Numbered from the stretch's first letter, positions 13,176 through 26,452 are shown. The stretch: 64,000 nucleotides of DNA from Girardia tigrina (GCA_001938485.1 MQRK01214219.1:3698-67697), one strand, 5' to 3'. Notes: generated by a model not told the origin, from the letters alone. Translations and numbers: made by a program.

Positions 13176-14822
13176 TTGGGTTGTTCGGAAAGTCATTTCG
13201 TTTTTTTTGTATTAAAGTAAAATACAAATTTTTATGACGAATAAATATTTTATTGAAATACATATTGTCCATTGTGGTCCAATACCTTCTTCCATCTTCC
13301 TGACAGTGACATGATTCCACGTTTATAAAATATTTGTTCTTTGCTACTAAAAAACTTTTTTCAGGTTATTTTTAACATCTTCATTTGATCCAAAAGTTTT
13401 ACCATCTAAATAATTTTGTAGAGATCGGAACAAATGATAATCAGAAGGTACGAGGTCTGGAGAATATGGTGGGTGAGGCATGATGTTCCATCCTAGCCGT
13501 AAAAGTTTTTGGCGAGTTACCAAACTTGTATGAGGTCTGACATTATCTTGGTGAAACACTACACCTTTCTATTGATCAATTCAGGCCTTTTGTGTTTAAG
13601 GGATTCATTTAATTTATCCAGTTGATGACAGTAGACGTCCGAATTGATCGTAGTTTTGTCCGAAAGAAGCTCATAAAATACGATTCCTTTGAAATCCCAC
13701 CAAACAGATAGTATCACTTTTTTATGAATGTCAGCTTTCGAAGTGCTTTGAACAGGTTTATCTTTTTTACTCCAAGATCTATTGCGTTTTAAATTATTGT
13801 AGACTACCCATTTCTCATCTCCAGTGACGATGCGCTTCAAAAATGGCTCATTTTCTTGACGTTTGAGAAGTATATCGCAGATGTCTAAACGATAACATAA
13901 ATTTCGTTCGGTAAGATTATGAGGAATCCATGTATCGAGTTTTGATGTAAAACCTAGGCGCTTCAAATGATCATGGACGGTCATATTAGATAAATGTAAT
14001 GTCTAAACCGAGTTGTTATTCGACGGTTTGAATCAATTAATGCCTTTATTATGTCTTCGTCGGCCTCAACGGGCCTTCCGGAACGTGAAGAATCTTCAAC
14101 ATCAAAATTTTCGGATCTAAATTTTTTAAACCAGTTTTGGCATTGGCGTTCTGTCAACACATCTTCTCCATACACTTGGCATAATTTTCTTCTTGCTTAT
14201 GCATAATTTTTACCTTTTCGGAAGTAAAAAAGTAATACATGCTGTAAATGCTGATTCTTGCTACCCATCTTTGATAGGTCAAAAATCAAATATAAATGTT
14301 TTTAATTATTCCAAAATTATTCAAAAAAAATCTAACCTTGGTTACCAACTGCTAAAATTTTATATTATAAAAGCCCAAGTCACTCACTGCCTGCCTCACT
14401 GCCTCACTAACGCTCATATTATTTACTTACAATTGTAAGCAGATAATTAAATTAGTTTACATTTTTTTGTGGCGAAAATCGTTTTACGGGCTATGGTTAG
14501 GGTTAGGGTTTAAGTTAACCGTTAGCGTAAGGATTATGGTTAGGGTTACAGTTTGTGTTAGGGGTTAGGGTTTATAAAGAAAATAAAAAAAATTAAATTT
14601 AAAAAAATTGAAAAATTAAACACCTATTTCGAAATAATAAATTATAAATTCCATTTTTTAATTAAAACAGAAACTTTCAAAAACGAAATTTAATTCTCCC
14701 GTCATACATGACGGGTCTTTTCCTAGTAAATAATATCGTCAATGATTATTAGTAATTATTAATATAAAAAATACATTTAAAACAAGTATTAAAAAAATGA
14801 AATGACTTTCGGAACAACCCAA
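13176..14822 (-). mobile_element. mariner (DD34D) element with decayed transposase (~14268-13250)
   Basis: ~31-bp TIRs ttgggttgttcggaaagtcatttc / gaaatgactttcggaacaacccaa with TA on both sides. Motifs WIPHNL, IVTGDEKW, HQDNVRPH and HPPYSPDLVPSDYHLF; stops and frameshifts present. Confidence 0.95.
14358..14726 (+). mobile_element. Non-autonomous Helitron nested in the mariner 5' region, with TTAGGG-like repeats
   Basis: 5' end nearly identical to 692-746; 3' hairpin cccgtcatacatgacggg then CTAG|T; inserted between A and T; degenerate ggttag repeats at ~14493-14573. Confidence 0.85.
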
Positions 14823-15219
14823 TATTTAAAAAAATGGAAAATAAATATTGTTTAATAAATTAATATAATATTAACTAAATAGAATATTAAAGAGTGAATC
14901 AAACCAAATATTTTTGTGTAGTCCTTGGGGAAACCATAGATTTTTTTCTGCTGATGCTGTTACCAAAATTAAAAAAATAGGACCATTTGCCAGTAAATGT
15001 ATTTGTGTTATTCATGCATTAAATTTGTCAATATATAAAATGTCATCCATTCAAGCAATACATAATTATATGCAGTAATTGAAAATGTAATATGATATAA
15101 TTGAATTATTAACCAATGAAATAATTTAATTAAATTTAGAAATTTTGATTGGTTATTTTATACAATATTGAAAAATTATTCTTAAACTCCAAAATTTTGA
15201 TATAAAAACATTAAGCGTC

Positions 15220-16032
15220 ATGTTTTTCTTTTTCTATTATATATGTTTGATTTATTTCAATTGCAAAGTAGCAGATTCGTTAAGCGTTCTAACGTGTGGA
15301 TCAAGAGCCTTCTTTGATAGAAATAAATATTTTATAGTTTCAAATAATTATTGTTATATTCCGGATGAAACTTTAACGGAACAAATTCAATCGGACTCAC
15401 AATTAATTTATAAAAGAATAAAAGACAATGTTGTATTATGTAGAATTGTGTCTGGTAGTGGAGTGATCCCACCTAATTATTTAAAAGAAAAGACTAAGGA
15501 TGCAATATATGCAAAAGATGCCGACTATAATTTAATGGTAAATGTTCGTAGTACTCTGTTGGATGATTGGAATGTATTCCGACCACAATTTATAAATGTT
15601 ATTTTGAGAGATTATAATGATGATATTGCTGGGAGAATCGATTTTAAAGTTTTAATTTCTGATTCAGTTACTTCCTGGTTTAATATTAATAACTTGATCG
15701 CTTCATTTCCATGGGATGTTAACAAATTGAAGAGTTATCGTTATAACTTTTTTAGTATCGAAGGAGATACAAAATTCTTTCGATCTTTTTACATCAATAT
15801 AGAGTATGGAGGGTGTCAAAAGGATAGAGGAATCATTGGATTAACATATTCCCCTGGATTTTGTTTTTATGAACAATATTGGTCAAATAAAACAAAATTT
15901 ATTTTCCCCCAAGTTTTCCTTGTCAACGACAACAGCGGAGAACCTGCAAATTGGAATTCATATGTGAAGCCATTAAAATCATTAGAAATAATCGGGGTAT
16001 ATGACTCAAGTGTTAATATTTACGTTGTTTAA
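15220..16032 (+). CDS. Intronless putative secreted protein (270 aa) with an unnamed invertebrate extracellular domain
   Basis: Intact ATG-to-stop ORF with a hydrophobic N-terminus. The motif string SWF..NLI.S.PW...NFFSIEG...RSFYIN..YGGC.KD.G...C.YE resembles, from memory, an uncharacterised domain of lophotrochozoan and amphioxus proteins. TATA-like gatataaaaa at ~15199 and aataaa at 16207. Confidence 0.75.
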   Translation: MFFFFYYICLIYFNCKVADSLSVLTCGSRAFFDRNKYFIVSNNYCYIPDETLTEQIQSDSQLIYKRIKDNVVLCRIVSGSGVIPPNYLKEKTKDAIYAKDADYNLMVNVRSTLLDDWNVFRPQFINVILRDYNDDIAGRIDFKVLISDSVTSWFNINNLIASFPWDVNKLKSYRYNFFSIEGDTKFFRSFYINIEYGGCQKDRGIIGLTYSPGFCFYEQYWSNKTKFIFPQVFLVNDNSGEPANWNSYVKPLKSLEIIGVYDSSVNIYVV

Positions 16033-17639
16033 TATTATAATAATATTCATTAATTTTGCTCTTTTTTCGACAATTATAACTTTTCATTTCTGTGTGGCGT
16101 GAATTTGTGAGATTCATTTATACTTGTGTAAATATTGCTCAAGAGCGATTTGCTATATTTCTTTTTACAATTAATAATGAAATAATATTTAAAAATTTGT
16201 AATTGAAATAAATTATTTATTTATTTATCTCAAGAGAGGACCTTAAACGATTTGAATGACACATAAATATAAACATTTAAGGGTGAAATACAAATAGCAG
16301 AAAATTCTAAATTAAATAGTATAAGTATTTCAAGAAAAAATTTTATTCTTCGAAATAAATTTTAGTCTTGTAAGAAGACTTTAAACCGAGGGGGATGTGA
16401 GGACAAAAGAATTTAAAAGTCCTGGCGTGGTTTCTATGTTAGAAGAATTTGAGACTGTCATAATATTTATCTAAAGACAATTTAAACATCATAAGAAACT
16501 AAAATGAGGAATATCATCAGTATAAATATTGAATTATACCGTCATCAATATGTGTCAAACATACACTCATTCAATTTACCATACACATTATTTCGGTCAA
16601 GACCTGTTACATAACAATACAGAGATCACAAGTAGAACATGTCATGCATACATTACGCAACATACATTTATTAGTTTTGATTTAATCAAAAATTAAATTT
16701 AATTAAAATTATAATATAATTTTCCTCACCAAGTCTCATTGTAAAATTAAATTCAATCTTAAACAAAGAATATGATTTTTCATGTATTATTTTCACTAAA
16801 TATGCCTTTTACATTCTTCCCGACAAACGATGAATATTCACACAAAATACCAGGAACATCTAACTTGAAATCTAGTTCACATATTTCTTGAAGTAGTGAG
16901 TTTTTCCCATATTCTTCTTGATTGTAGTGTACAGGTTTCTTCATCCATTTCACTTTCACATTCATCTTAGCCACTCTATTCACGGTATCCACTACTCAAT
17001 CGTCAACCTGGATGTATCTAGGTACTTCATCCACTTCGGCACATTTTCACTCACCACCTATGCTACAACTTCTCATACTAATAAGAAAAGGAGAGTCAAA
17101 AGTTAACTCTATTTTTGATCTCGTACTACTTGTGTAATAAAAATTTCAAAATTTGCTAAATTTGTTAAATACATAACTTTTTTATTTAATTAATTTTGTT
17201 ATATCTCATGCAAACAATGGGGCAATAATCAATGCACAGTATTCAACAAATAGTCTGAATTGCTGGTCATCTGATCGAGCTGTGGAGACCAGAACCTCTT
17301 TGATGTGCGGGAAATTGTCGCTCTGTGGGATGGATCATCTGGTCTAGAGCCAAACAGAATTTGGTTGGACCTGAATGGTGCCGGTCGGAGTACCGCTCAG
17401 TAACGATCGCTCACTCGGTTCGATGCGGCTTCTCGGACCGCATCCCTGTCTCTGTGAACGTCGATGGCACTCTAAAAGGTGGGTGGTTCGCTCGGTTCGT
17501 CGACATGAAACTCGAGTGCGTGGTCGATGAAGTTGTAGAGATCCGCCATGCGTCGCTGAATTGTGTGAGGCAATGGCGTATGTGATCTGACCGATTGAGA
17601 CCGCTGCCGTACAACGCGGTTCGAATTAAAATTCATTAC

Positions 17640-18548
17640 AATTTCAAAATGACACACATTCTTGATACCACACTGCAAGTCTTTTAGAGAAGGCGCCTGT
17701 ATTCTTGACACCTTCCCTTTGATAATACACCCGAAAGTTTTGAAGAGGTATAGATCAGAACTGTTAACTGGCTATTACAGTACAGTGCTGTAGCTGTTTT
17801 CAAACATCAATTGTTTCACCTTTATCGCCTGATGACATGGTGTAATTTTGTGTCGAAACATATTCCATCCAATGTGATGCATGGAATGTCGCAGATTGTT
17901 TTGGAGCAACTGCAAGTAGTTCTCAGCGTGTATTGTTTGACCTGCAGGTAGAAGCCATAAAGTATCAATACCTTGTGACAAAAAAGCACTCTATTATACA
18001 AAAAAACATTACACTAGAGGAATGCTTGACTGTTGATGCACCGCATCTCACTTAGTATCATGTTACTTTTGTACATCAAATTCTGAATTGATAATTGCGG
18101 AACTGACGGAAAGTTGATTCATCAGATGACAAAACTTTTTTTCCAATCGTCTACAGTCTACGTTCAATTTTCTTCGCAGAATTTCATCAGCTGACGCTAT
18201 TGCTTTAATTTGAGGAATAGTGTTTTTACAGGATTACGACTTCTGAGCATATTCTCTACCTGATAGTCCGCGTACTGGAACATAGATGGGTATCAGACAT
18301 TTAATGATGTTGGAAAAAGCTAAGAATCCCTTACAACATGTCTTCGGATTGTATTGTCATCTTTTGAGCTGGTGATTCTCATTCTTTTAGATCGTGATGT
18401 ATTGCTAGTAAAGTAGAACAAACTAGTTCTTCGAAATACGTAAAACAGAACTTTGTGGGATATCAAAACGAACTGTTATTTATTTGAGGTGTATCCTTCT
18501 TAACACAGGAGTGCAATACTATCCCTAGTTTCCTTTAGTATTTCCATT
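17640..18548 (-). mobile_element. Decayed Tc1-family transposase
   Basis: N-terminus MEILKETRDSIALL; degenerate VLSSDES and TIHAENYLQLLQNNL...TPCHQA...PVNSSDL segments typical of Tc1 DD34E. The same N-terminus recurs at ~30245-30335. Confidence 0.75.
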
Positions 18549-19039
18549 TGTTTCACCATTCTGTAGAAAATAAATGTAAAATATAGTCAAATCAATTTAA
18601 TAATATAAAATGAACACTTAAAGTGAATAATGTAGAAAATCAGAAATTTCAAATGAATTTAAAATCATGAAAGACTGACATGAAGTGTAACATAACATTA
18701 TCAAGGTCCATTTAAGAATATAATTATTATAGAAAAATATTTTTTACCCCGATAAACACTAATTTACACTCAGGCACATGCATACACATATCGTAAACAC
18801 ACCTTCTTTTGGACCATTTAAGTATATAAATTTTTTTTACGATATAAATATAAAAATGGATCCAATTAATGAGGATTATTAAATTAATTAATAAAAATAT
18901 TGATAAAAATAATCAATAAAAATGTAAATTAATGAAATCTTTTTTAAAACAACTTTTCCATACTGAGTGATCTAAAGAAGTGAGTAAAAAAGAATTTCTT
19001 AAAGCAAATATTTTGTGAGAACGCAAATATAAATAAACG

Positions 19040-19265
19040 AAAAAAATTAAACTGAGTTTCAAAATAATTACAATAAACATTAACCGGAAAATAGTTTCAG
19101 TTTTAAAATTTATTGACATTAGGTGATCTTTTAAATAAAGTAATGTTGTTTAGACTATTATTTAATTTAAATGAATTTCTGAGATTACAGAGTAATATTA
19201 ATAAAAAATAAAATAAAACATAAATTATAAAAATAAACTATTAAACAATTAATCAAATAGTGTAT
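19040..19265 (+). repeat. Dispersed AT-rich repeat (second copy ~31668-31895)
   Basis: aaaaattaaactgagttt...ggaaaatagtttcagttttaaaatttattgacatt...atgaatttctgagattacagagtaa is shared between the two copies. Confidence 0.85.
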
Positions 19266-20149
19266 GAAAAATTTTCTCAATCATATGTATTAAGAAAATA
19301 AATTTTCCACAGTGTTATTTTTATGACAGTTTGAATTGTATTTGATGCCATTCTCAGTTAAGCTTTCGTACTTTGACATCTAGCTAAATTGATAAGAATT
19401 TTGATAATGAATCGTTTTTATTAACCACATCAATATGAGTTTTACAAAATTTATTAATATCACAAGCACATTCACTATTGGACATTGTAGTACCGACTGC
19501 CAAACCGAGTGGGAAATTGTCGCTAGCGGACATGATCGGTCGGTTCCAGTGTCCAAATGTCGATACGCGGGCGTGCGTCGGCGCCGCAAACGACCCACAT
19601 TAGCTAGTCAAAGTGTGTTGGTCCTGTCGGCGGCGTCGCATCGGTCGGTGGTTCATTCGATGCGTCCAAGTGGGTAGTCCGGATGTCGATTCGCTGAACA
19701 ATGCGGCGGCAGCTCTGGTCCGCTCCATTTGATTCGATTACATTTTAAAAAATTAAAAAAGTAAGAAATCGGAAGAATTTATTTTCAACCACATTTTTAC
19801 CACATTTGAATTTCCCATGTTTAAATAATTTTAATTTAATTTAATTAAACAAAAGTCAGTTTTTTGTTTGCTATCGATTATCGAATCACTACAGACATTT
19901 TTCTTGATCATTATATTTCTGAATTCAAACTAATTATTTTTAAAAAATGAAAAATCTTTGAATAAAAATTATTAATTATACAGAATCTAATTGGTTAAAA
20001 TTAAATCTAAACATTTAGAAAAATTGCATATTAAATTAATATATTAAAATTGTAAATTACATTAAAAATTATATAATACATTCAAAAATTATTTTAAATC
20101 TTTTTACTTTAAAATTAAATTAATTTATTTTTAATTAGTAGGAATCAAA

Positions 20150-20244
20150 GAAAATACCAATCATCCATCTGGGTAGGAGTGGCACAATCCGAATCAATAC
20201 ACAACATTTACAATATCAACACATAATTCAAAACATTCCTCACA
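20150..20244 (-). repeat. TGTGAG...CTCCYACNCAGATGG terminus family (other copies start at 31014, 31896, 44184 on +)
   Basis: Four diverged copies begin TGTGAG, then a GT-rich spacer, then the conserved ctcc(c/t)ac(c/t/a)cagatgg..ttg(g/a)ta. Confidence 0.65.
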
Positions 20245-22539
20245 GTTTTAAAACATTATTAGACACAAATTTTCACATTATATATATATATATAAATATA
20301 ATTTTCAAATTTTATTTTTAAAATTTGACTTTAATAATTTTTTAAACACTTTTATCTAAAAAGTATTTTTATTTAAAAATAGTTTTTAAGAAAAAAACAT
20401 TTATTTAATCGAATTTAAATTCAGTGTAAACATTTATACTCTATAAAACTTTAAATATTCAAATATTTAAAAATTTAATATTTTAGTGATTACAATTTTT
20501 AAATATCGTTTTTTTGTAATTTAAAATTTAAATCATGATGGTCACAGAGTCATGGTATTTGTGCGGGTTTGTGCTCTGTCCATTTTGATATAGCAAGATT
20601 GTGTTGCTGAAATTTTTTAATTTTTATAAACAAAATCGTGTAACTTAAAACTTCAAATGATAATCGAAACAAAAATAATAGAAATTAAAAATGTAAAAGT
20701 GAAGAAAAGCAAATTTGTTCAAATATTTTTCATAAATTTTGGAAGTATTGATTTGTCTAATGTTAGAAAATGGAAGTAAATGCGCAATCTAACAGATGTA
20801 ATTCGGTGTTCTTTGATAGTTTCTTAAATCGGTAACAGTAATACAGACTGTTTTAAAATTGACAAATAAGTCTGCAAATCATTCGATTCGAAAAAGATAT
20901 AAAAAAATTAAATAATTTCTAAATATTTAAATTCAAAAGTCTCGTTCTCAATAAATAACAAATCAGACTCCAAATACTCTTTTCGAAATTCAATCAAAAG
21001 CAATAAATCGTTCCGAATCAGTAAAAAATAAATCGCTCCAATGTAGTTAAAATAATACGTTTAAATCTAGTAAAAAACAATTCAATAAACAGTCGAAATA
21101 ATTCGTTTGATGAAATTCTCATTAAAAAAATTGTATATCAAAGTTTATTTCAGAAAATTGTAAATTAAATCAAAATCATACCTTTTGTCACTCAAAAAAA
21201 TTTTGAATCCGTAAAAAGTGATTTTTGAAATCACTTGTGAAGCTAACTCTGATTGGTTAATCAATCAAAGCAAGCCTTTTGACTCATTTGTCACTTAAAA
21301 AAGTCGGCATACAAGCTCCAGTTAATAAATACAAAAAATTGCAACAATAACCGAAACAAAATCTATCTTTGTTGGGGTAAACAATTTTATAATTTAAAAT
21401 GAAATTATTATAAAAAATTATTATTTTTCTTTTTTTAATTTAAATTATTTAATTATTTTATATTTACTAATAATATTTTACACAAATAGTGTTGGGTTTT
21501 AATTTATTAAATTGTCTTTAATACAATTCTTAAATCTTTAATCGTAAATCTCTTTTCTTAATTCTTTAATCAATAATTCGCAATCAATAATCTTTTATCT
21601 TTAANNNNNNNNNNNNNNNNNNNNNNNNNNNNNNNNNNNNNNNNNNNNNNNNNNNNNNNNNNNNNNNNNNNNNNNNNNNNNNNNNNNNNNNNNNNNNNNN
21701 NNNNNNNNNNNNNNNNNNNNNNNNNNNNNNNNNNNNNNNNNNNNNNNNNNNNNNNNNNNNNNNNNNNNNNNNNNNNNNNNNNNNNNNNNNNNNNNNNNNN
21801 NNNNNNNNNNNNNNNNNNNNNNNNNNNNNNNNNNNNNNNNNNNNNNNNNNNNNNNNNNNNNNNNNNNNNNNNNNNNNNNNNNNNNNNNNNNNNNNNNNNN
21901 NNNNNNNNNNNNNNNNNNNNNNNNNNNNNNNNNNNNNNNNNNNNNNNNNNNNNNNNNNNNNNNNNNNNNNNNNNNNNNNNNNNNNNNNNNNNNNNNNNNN
22001 NNNNNNNNNNNNNNNNNNNNNNNNNNNNNNNNNNNNNNNNNNNNNNNNNNNNNNNNNNNNNNNNNNNNNNNNNNNNNNNNNNNNAAAACTAAATATTATT
22101 TTATTTGAAGTTTATAATTTTATTAAAAGAATTATTTAAAAATTTTCCTTTATAAAATTTTATCAAGAGTGCTCACAAGTATTTTTTCGGAACCCTAACA
22201 ATAGTAAACAATTCGATATTTACATTCAAAAATACAAAAACAAATTAAGTTTTTTGATACAACAAATATAATTATGAGTGATTTTCTCGGACAAGAGAGG
22301 AAGGAAACACTTGAATTATGCATGAAAATTTCAAAGTATAAATAGTAATTTATATAAAATTCAGAAACATTCTCTCCCTGGACCTATCCTTAAGGTCCAC
22401 TTACTCACTCTCTGTATTTCAATCATCTTTAATCTTTGATTTCTAACGAAAAAAACTTTTTAGCGGTTTCAAATATTCTAGTCTTCCTCTTTTTATTACA
22501 GCCCCTCCTGGTTTTTTATCTTCTTCAGGAATTGATTTT

Positions 22540-22991
22540 TTTGCTGTGGTAAGCTTCCACAATCTAGGTCCTGAAATTCCAGATTATATCCCGTTCTGTA
22601 ATTTCTAGATCAGGAGATTTACTTCGTCTTTTCCAAATGGGAATAACTTCTAATCTCCACTGGTTCCACCAATGCTAAAAATCCCTTGAATTATTTTTCA
22701 TCTTCACAGCAATCCTGTAATTGCAAATTTTATTGGTAATTTTGTAACCCCAAAGTAATTTTTTCGATGAAAGTTATTTAAACTAATACATTGCCTACCT
22801 AAATATCTAAATCCTAAACTAATAATCAAAATCACTTCTTTTTTTGCCATAACCGCTATTAAGTTATCTTTAATCATAGCATCTCCAACAAATTTTCTTG
22901 GAGCTCTCCTGGCCTCTCTTACCATCACTTCATACACTCCTCCGAAATGAGATTTTCCAGGTGGATTAAAAGTCCTTTTTGTAGAGTTCAT
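22540..22991 (-). mobile_element. BEL/Pao LTR retrotransposon integrase remnant
   Basis: TFNPPGKSHFGGVYEVMVREARRA matches the BEL/Pao integrase motif WxFNPPxAPHFGGxWERLV. Confidence 0.75.
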
Positions 22992-23254
22992 TTAAAACAA
23001 ATGCTTTTATATACAATAAAATTATATACATATATAATTTATCTATATGTCAAAGGTAAAAAGTATACAGATAAATAAACAGAGTTAATTTAGAATTTGA
23101 TCATTCGGAAACCTTTTAAAAAAGAAAAGTCATCTATATGAAACAGACAAAACAGCAAGTCAAAATTACCATAAATAATTAAAATAATATTGTTAGGGGT
23201 TCTTTTTGGTGAACTGTAAATTTTTGATATTTTTAAATTCTATTAATTTTTTAA

Positions 23255-23910
23255 GTTCTACTAATTAAAATGAAATAACTTTATATAAAAAAATTTAAGT
23301 TTATAGATAATATTTTTACTAACGGATAACATGAAATAGTAGGACACCTACTATTTTAATAGTAGGTGGAAAAAAATTGAAAAGGCGCCCAATATTGGTT
23401 TACACCTACTATTTGGTGCTTTTGTTTTGANNNNNNNNNNNNNNNNNNNNNNNNNNNNNNNNNNNNNNNNNNNNNNNNNNNNNNNNNTCATAGATAATAA
23501 AAGCATCATCAGTTAATATTTCTTCACTATCACTGTGATCAGTTTCTTTTTGGGATTCCGACAAATACTTTTTTACAAAACGTTCACCATACACATCATG
23601 TTTCATTCTTTAAAAACGATACACCTACTATTTGATTCCACCTACTATTTTAATAGTAGGTGGAAAATTTTTTGAAAACTTCATTACACCTACTATTTCA
23701 TGTCCACCTACTATTTGATGTTATCCGTTAATTAAAATGAAATAAGGTTTCATAAAAAATTATGGTTTACAGGTAATATTTTTACTAATTAAATTGAAAT
23801 AACTTTTTATAAAAATTATAGTTCACAGATAGTATTTTACTAATTAAAATGAAATAAGTTTTTATAGAAAATTATAGTGTAATGATTAAATTGGAACAAC
23901 TTTTTATAAA
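23255..23910. repeat. ~58-bp AT-rich minisatellite interrupted by a MITE
   Basis: The unit ctaattaaaatgaaataac/gttt.tataaaaaattat.gttta.agataatatttttac is repeated several times. Confidence 0.75.
23322..23728. mobile_element. MITE with subterminal cacctactattt repeats
   Basis: Inverted ends acggataacat.aaatagtagg / cctactatttgatgttatccgt. Removing it with one TA restores the minisatellite unit. Confidence 0.75.
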
Positions 23911-24289
23911 AATTAGATTAAAAATAATCACAATTAAAATAACAGCTTCGGAGTTAAAGAAAGAAAAATTGTAAAGAAGATTTTGATATATCTTATAACA
24001 CTATTTAAAATAAAAATCATTATGCTTATTGAATTTAATTGTCAACGGAAAAGTTTTATTAAAAAAATCATTTATTGAATATTTTAAAATGAAGTTCTAA
24101 AATAAAAATCATAATGTTTTATTGAAGTTAATTGTCCTCGGAAAGTTTTATTAAAAAATAATTTATAATTGAATAATTTAAAATTATTTAGGATTTGAAT
24201 TTTTACAGGACATGTCCATTAAAATATTTTTAAAGATCTAAATTTATATTTCAATTAATAAACATTGTAAAAATTAATTAGAAGTTGAT

Positions 24290-25856
24290 AATGTCGTAGA
24301 CGTAGATAATTGCTGGTTGCCGAAAAAAGATGATGTGTGTCACATTAACTTAACGGAATTAGAAGCGGAGGTAAAAGGAGTAAATATGGCACTGGCATGG
24401 AATGTTACTGAGGTGGAAATCCTGTGCGATTTGGCGACGGTTTGCGCATGGATCCAGTCAATTATGTTGGGGGAAAAGCGGGCACAGGTACATGGATTGT
24501 CGGAGATGTTGGTCAGAAGGCGGTTGTTCCCTTTGGACAGATTATTGAGTGAATATGGAATGTTGTTATCGATTTCTCTAGTAAAATCAAGTGAGAATAA
24601 AGCTGATATTCTGACCAGGGTTCCGCCAAGCTGGTTCAAGCACGAAAAATGCATGATGTTAACCAGTCCTGGGAAAGTGCCTGTTGTGGAAGAGGTGAAA
24701 GCCATTCATGTAATTCATAATTTTGGGGTAAATAGAACACTTTTTGCAGTTAAAAAGATTTGTGGAACGGCAGATGAGAGTTTAGTGACCAATGTGGTAG
24801 CAGAGGGAACGCAATGTTTGTCCATTGATCCATGTGCCGTGCGATGGCCTCGAGATGAGTTGGAAGTAACCAGAACATGGCAAAGCCTAGCGTGTGACAT
24901 AACACATTTTGGCGGAGAGATTTTCTTTACAAGCATTGATTGTGGACCGAGTCGTTTCGCAATCTGGAAATGTGTAGAAAATGAAAGCGCAATATCATCG
25001 CGGAATTATTAGGGGAAATATTTAGAAAGAGAGAGGACTCCCAGACGAGTTGTTATGTGATAACGGAAAAAGTTTCCTGTCACAGGCGGTACAGGAATTG
25101 TGTAGAGCGTGGAATGTATCGATGATATATCGATGTGCATATCGCCCGTCAGGAAACGGTATCGTCGAGAGGAACCATCGTACTATTAAAAGGATGTCTG
25201 CGAGATCTAGGAGAGATGTGCTAAGATGGTGTATTATTATAACTTGACAGCAAACAAGGGAGCGATTCAGTTCCAAGCAATAGTGTTTTTACGTATGAGT
25301 GGCGGTTTCTGACGATGAAATTATCGAATGAACAACAAAACAAGACCGCTTTCGTGCCTGGGGATAATGTGTTTGTAAAACCGGCTGATGCACGATGCAC
25401 GTCTCGGTGGACAAGGGGGTATCTCTGGTCAACTATGAAATGTCGGTTTATGTGGACGGGATTCCCTGACGCGTGGCTGATTTGAGACGGATCCCAGTAG
25501 AAACAGAGTTGAATACGACGAATGCAATCGAGAAGCGTGGAGATAGTCTTGATTTAGCTGATACTGAAATGCCGAGTTACGAGGAGAAGAGGGAGCCAGT
25601 TTCGACGTTTGTAGAAGGCCAGCCAAGGAGAGCGCGTCGCGTCCCCGGATGGTTCAGTGATTTCGAAATGGATGATGATGATGATGATGATGACATCACG
25701 GGGGCGTGTGATGAAGAGAATAATTAAATAAAAACTGACGGAAAATTAAATATCATTGTTTAACTGAAGTGGAACTACTGCGTAATTTAAAGGCAATTGT
25801 CGGTGAAATTCATTATATATTTATCTTTGGTTGGTCTTAATTATTTCTCAATTACA
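24290..25856 (+). mobile_element. 3' portion of Gypsy-type LTR retrotransposon (RNase H, integrase, PPT, probable 3' LTR ~25707-25856)
   Basis: HINLTELEA and NKADILTR (RNase H); LACDITH, LCDNGKSF and SGNGIVERNHRTIK (integrase D,D35E); purine tract acgggggcg then TG...CA. Same clade as the 53065-56238 element. Confidence 0.85.
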
Positions 25857-26029
25857 ATTACGATTGCCATTTTTTGGAAAATTAACTTTTTTTCTTATTT
25901 ATTAAATGAGGAAATTTTATTTTTCTATTTAAAAGAAATATAAATCAAAATTTTTCTGTACAATAAATATTATATATTTTTATTCATCTTCAATTTTGTG
26001 CGCTGTTGATGAACAATTAGTCCAAATTT

Positions 26030-26452
26030 TTCAGAGTAGAACCAATAAGTCCAGACAATCAGAAGAAGGGAATCAACCACTGAATGCGATACCAGAAGAC
26101 AACGTAACTCAAGTAACAATCGTCGATCCGAATGCTGCTTCGATAGGAGAGTTAGAAGCGAGTCCTTTAGAAACCCATCTGGACTACCACCTTACATATC
26201 TAACTGTGAGAGGAACCTTTAGATGCCCGTTTCGCGGATGTGTAAAGTCCACGTACACAGCCAAAGGGATGCAGAATCATGGGACTACTATCCATGACTG
26301 GTCGTTTCTGACTGGATTGCCAAAGCGTGCGTGGAAGCGAAAGACTGACGTACCTGTAGGAGGCCTATCGGGGAGCTTATAGATTTATTTGGTTTTGGTG
26401 TACCATCTAAAGAGCCTACAGGCTCAATACCATTCTTGAAAGAGATGGGAGA
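26030..26452 (+). mobile_element. 3' end of zinc-finger non-LTR retrotransposon (copy 2)
   Basis: FRCPFRGCVKSTYTAKGMQNHGTTIHDWSFLTG...PVGGLSG* plus the conserved 3' UTR. Confidence 0.7.
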
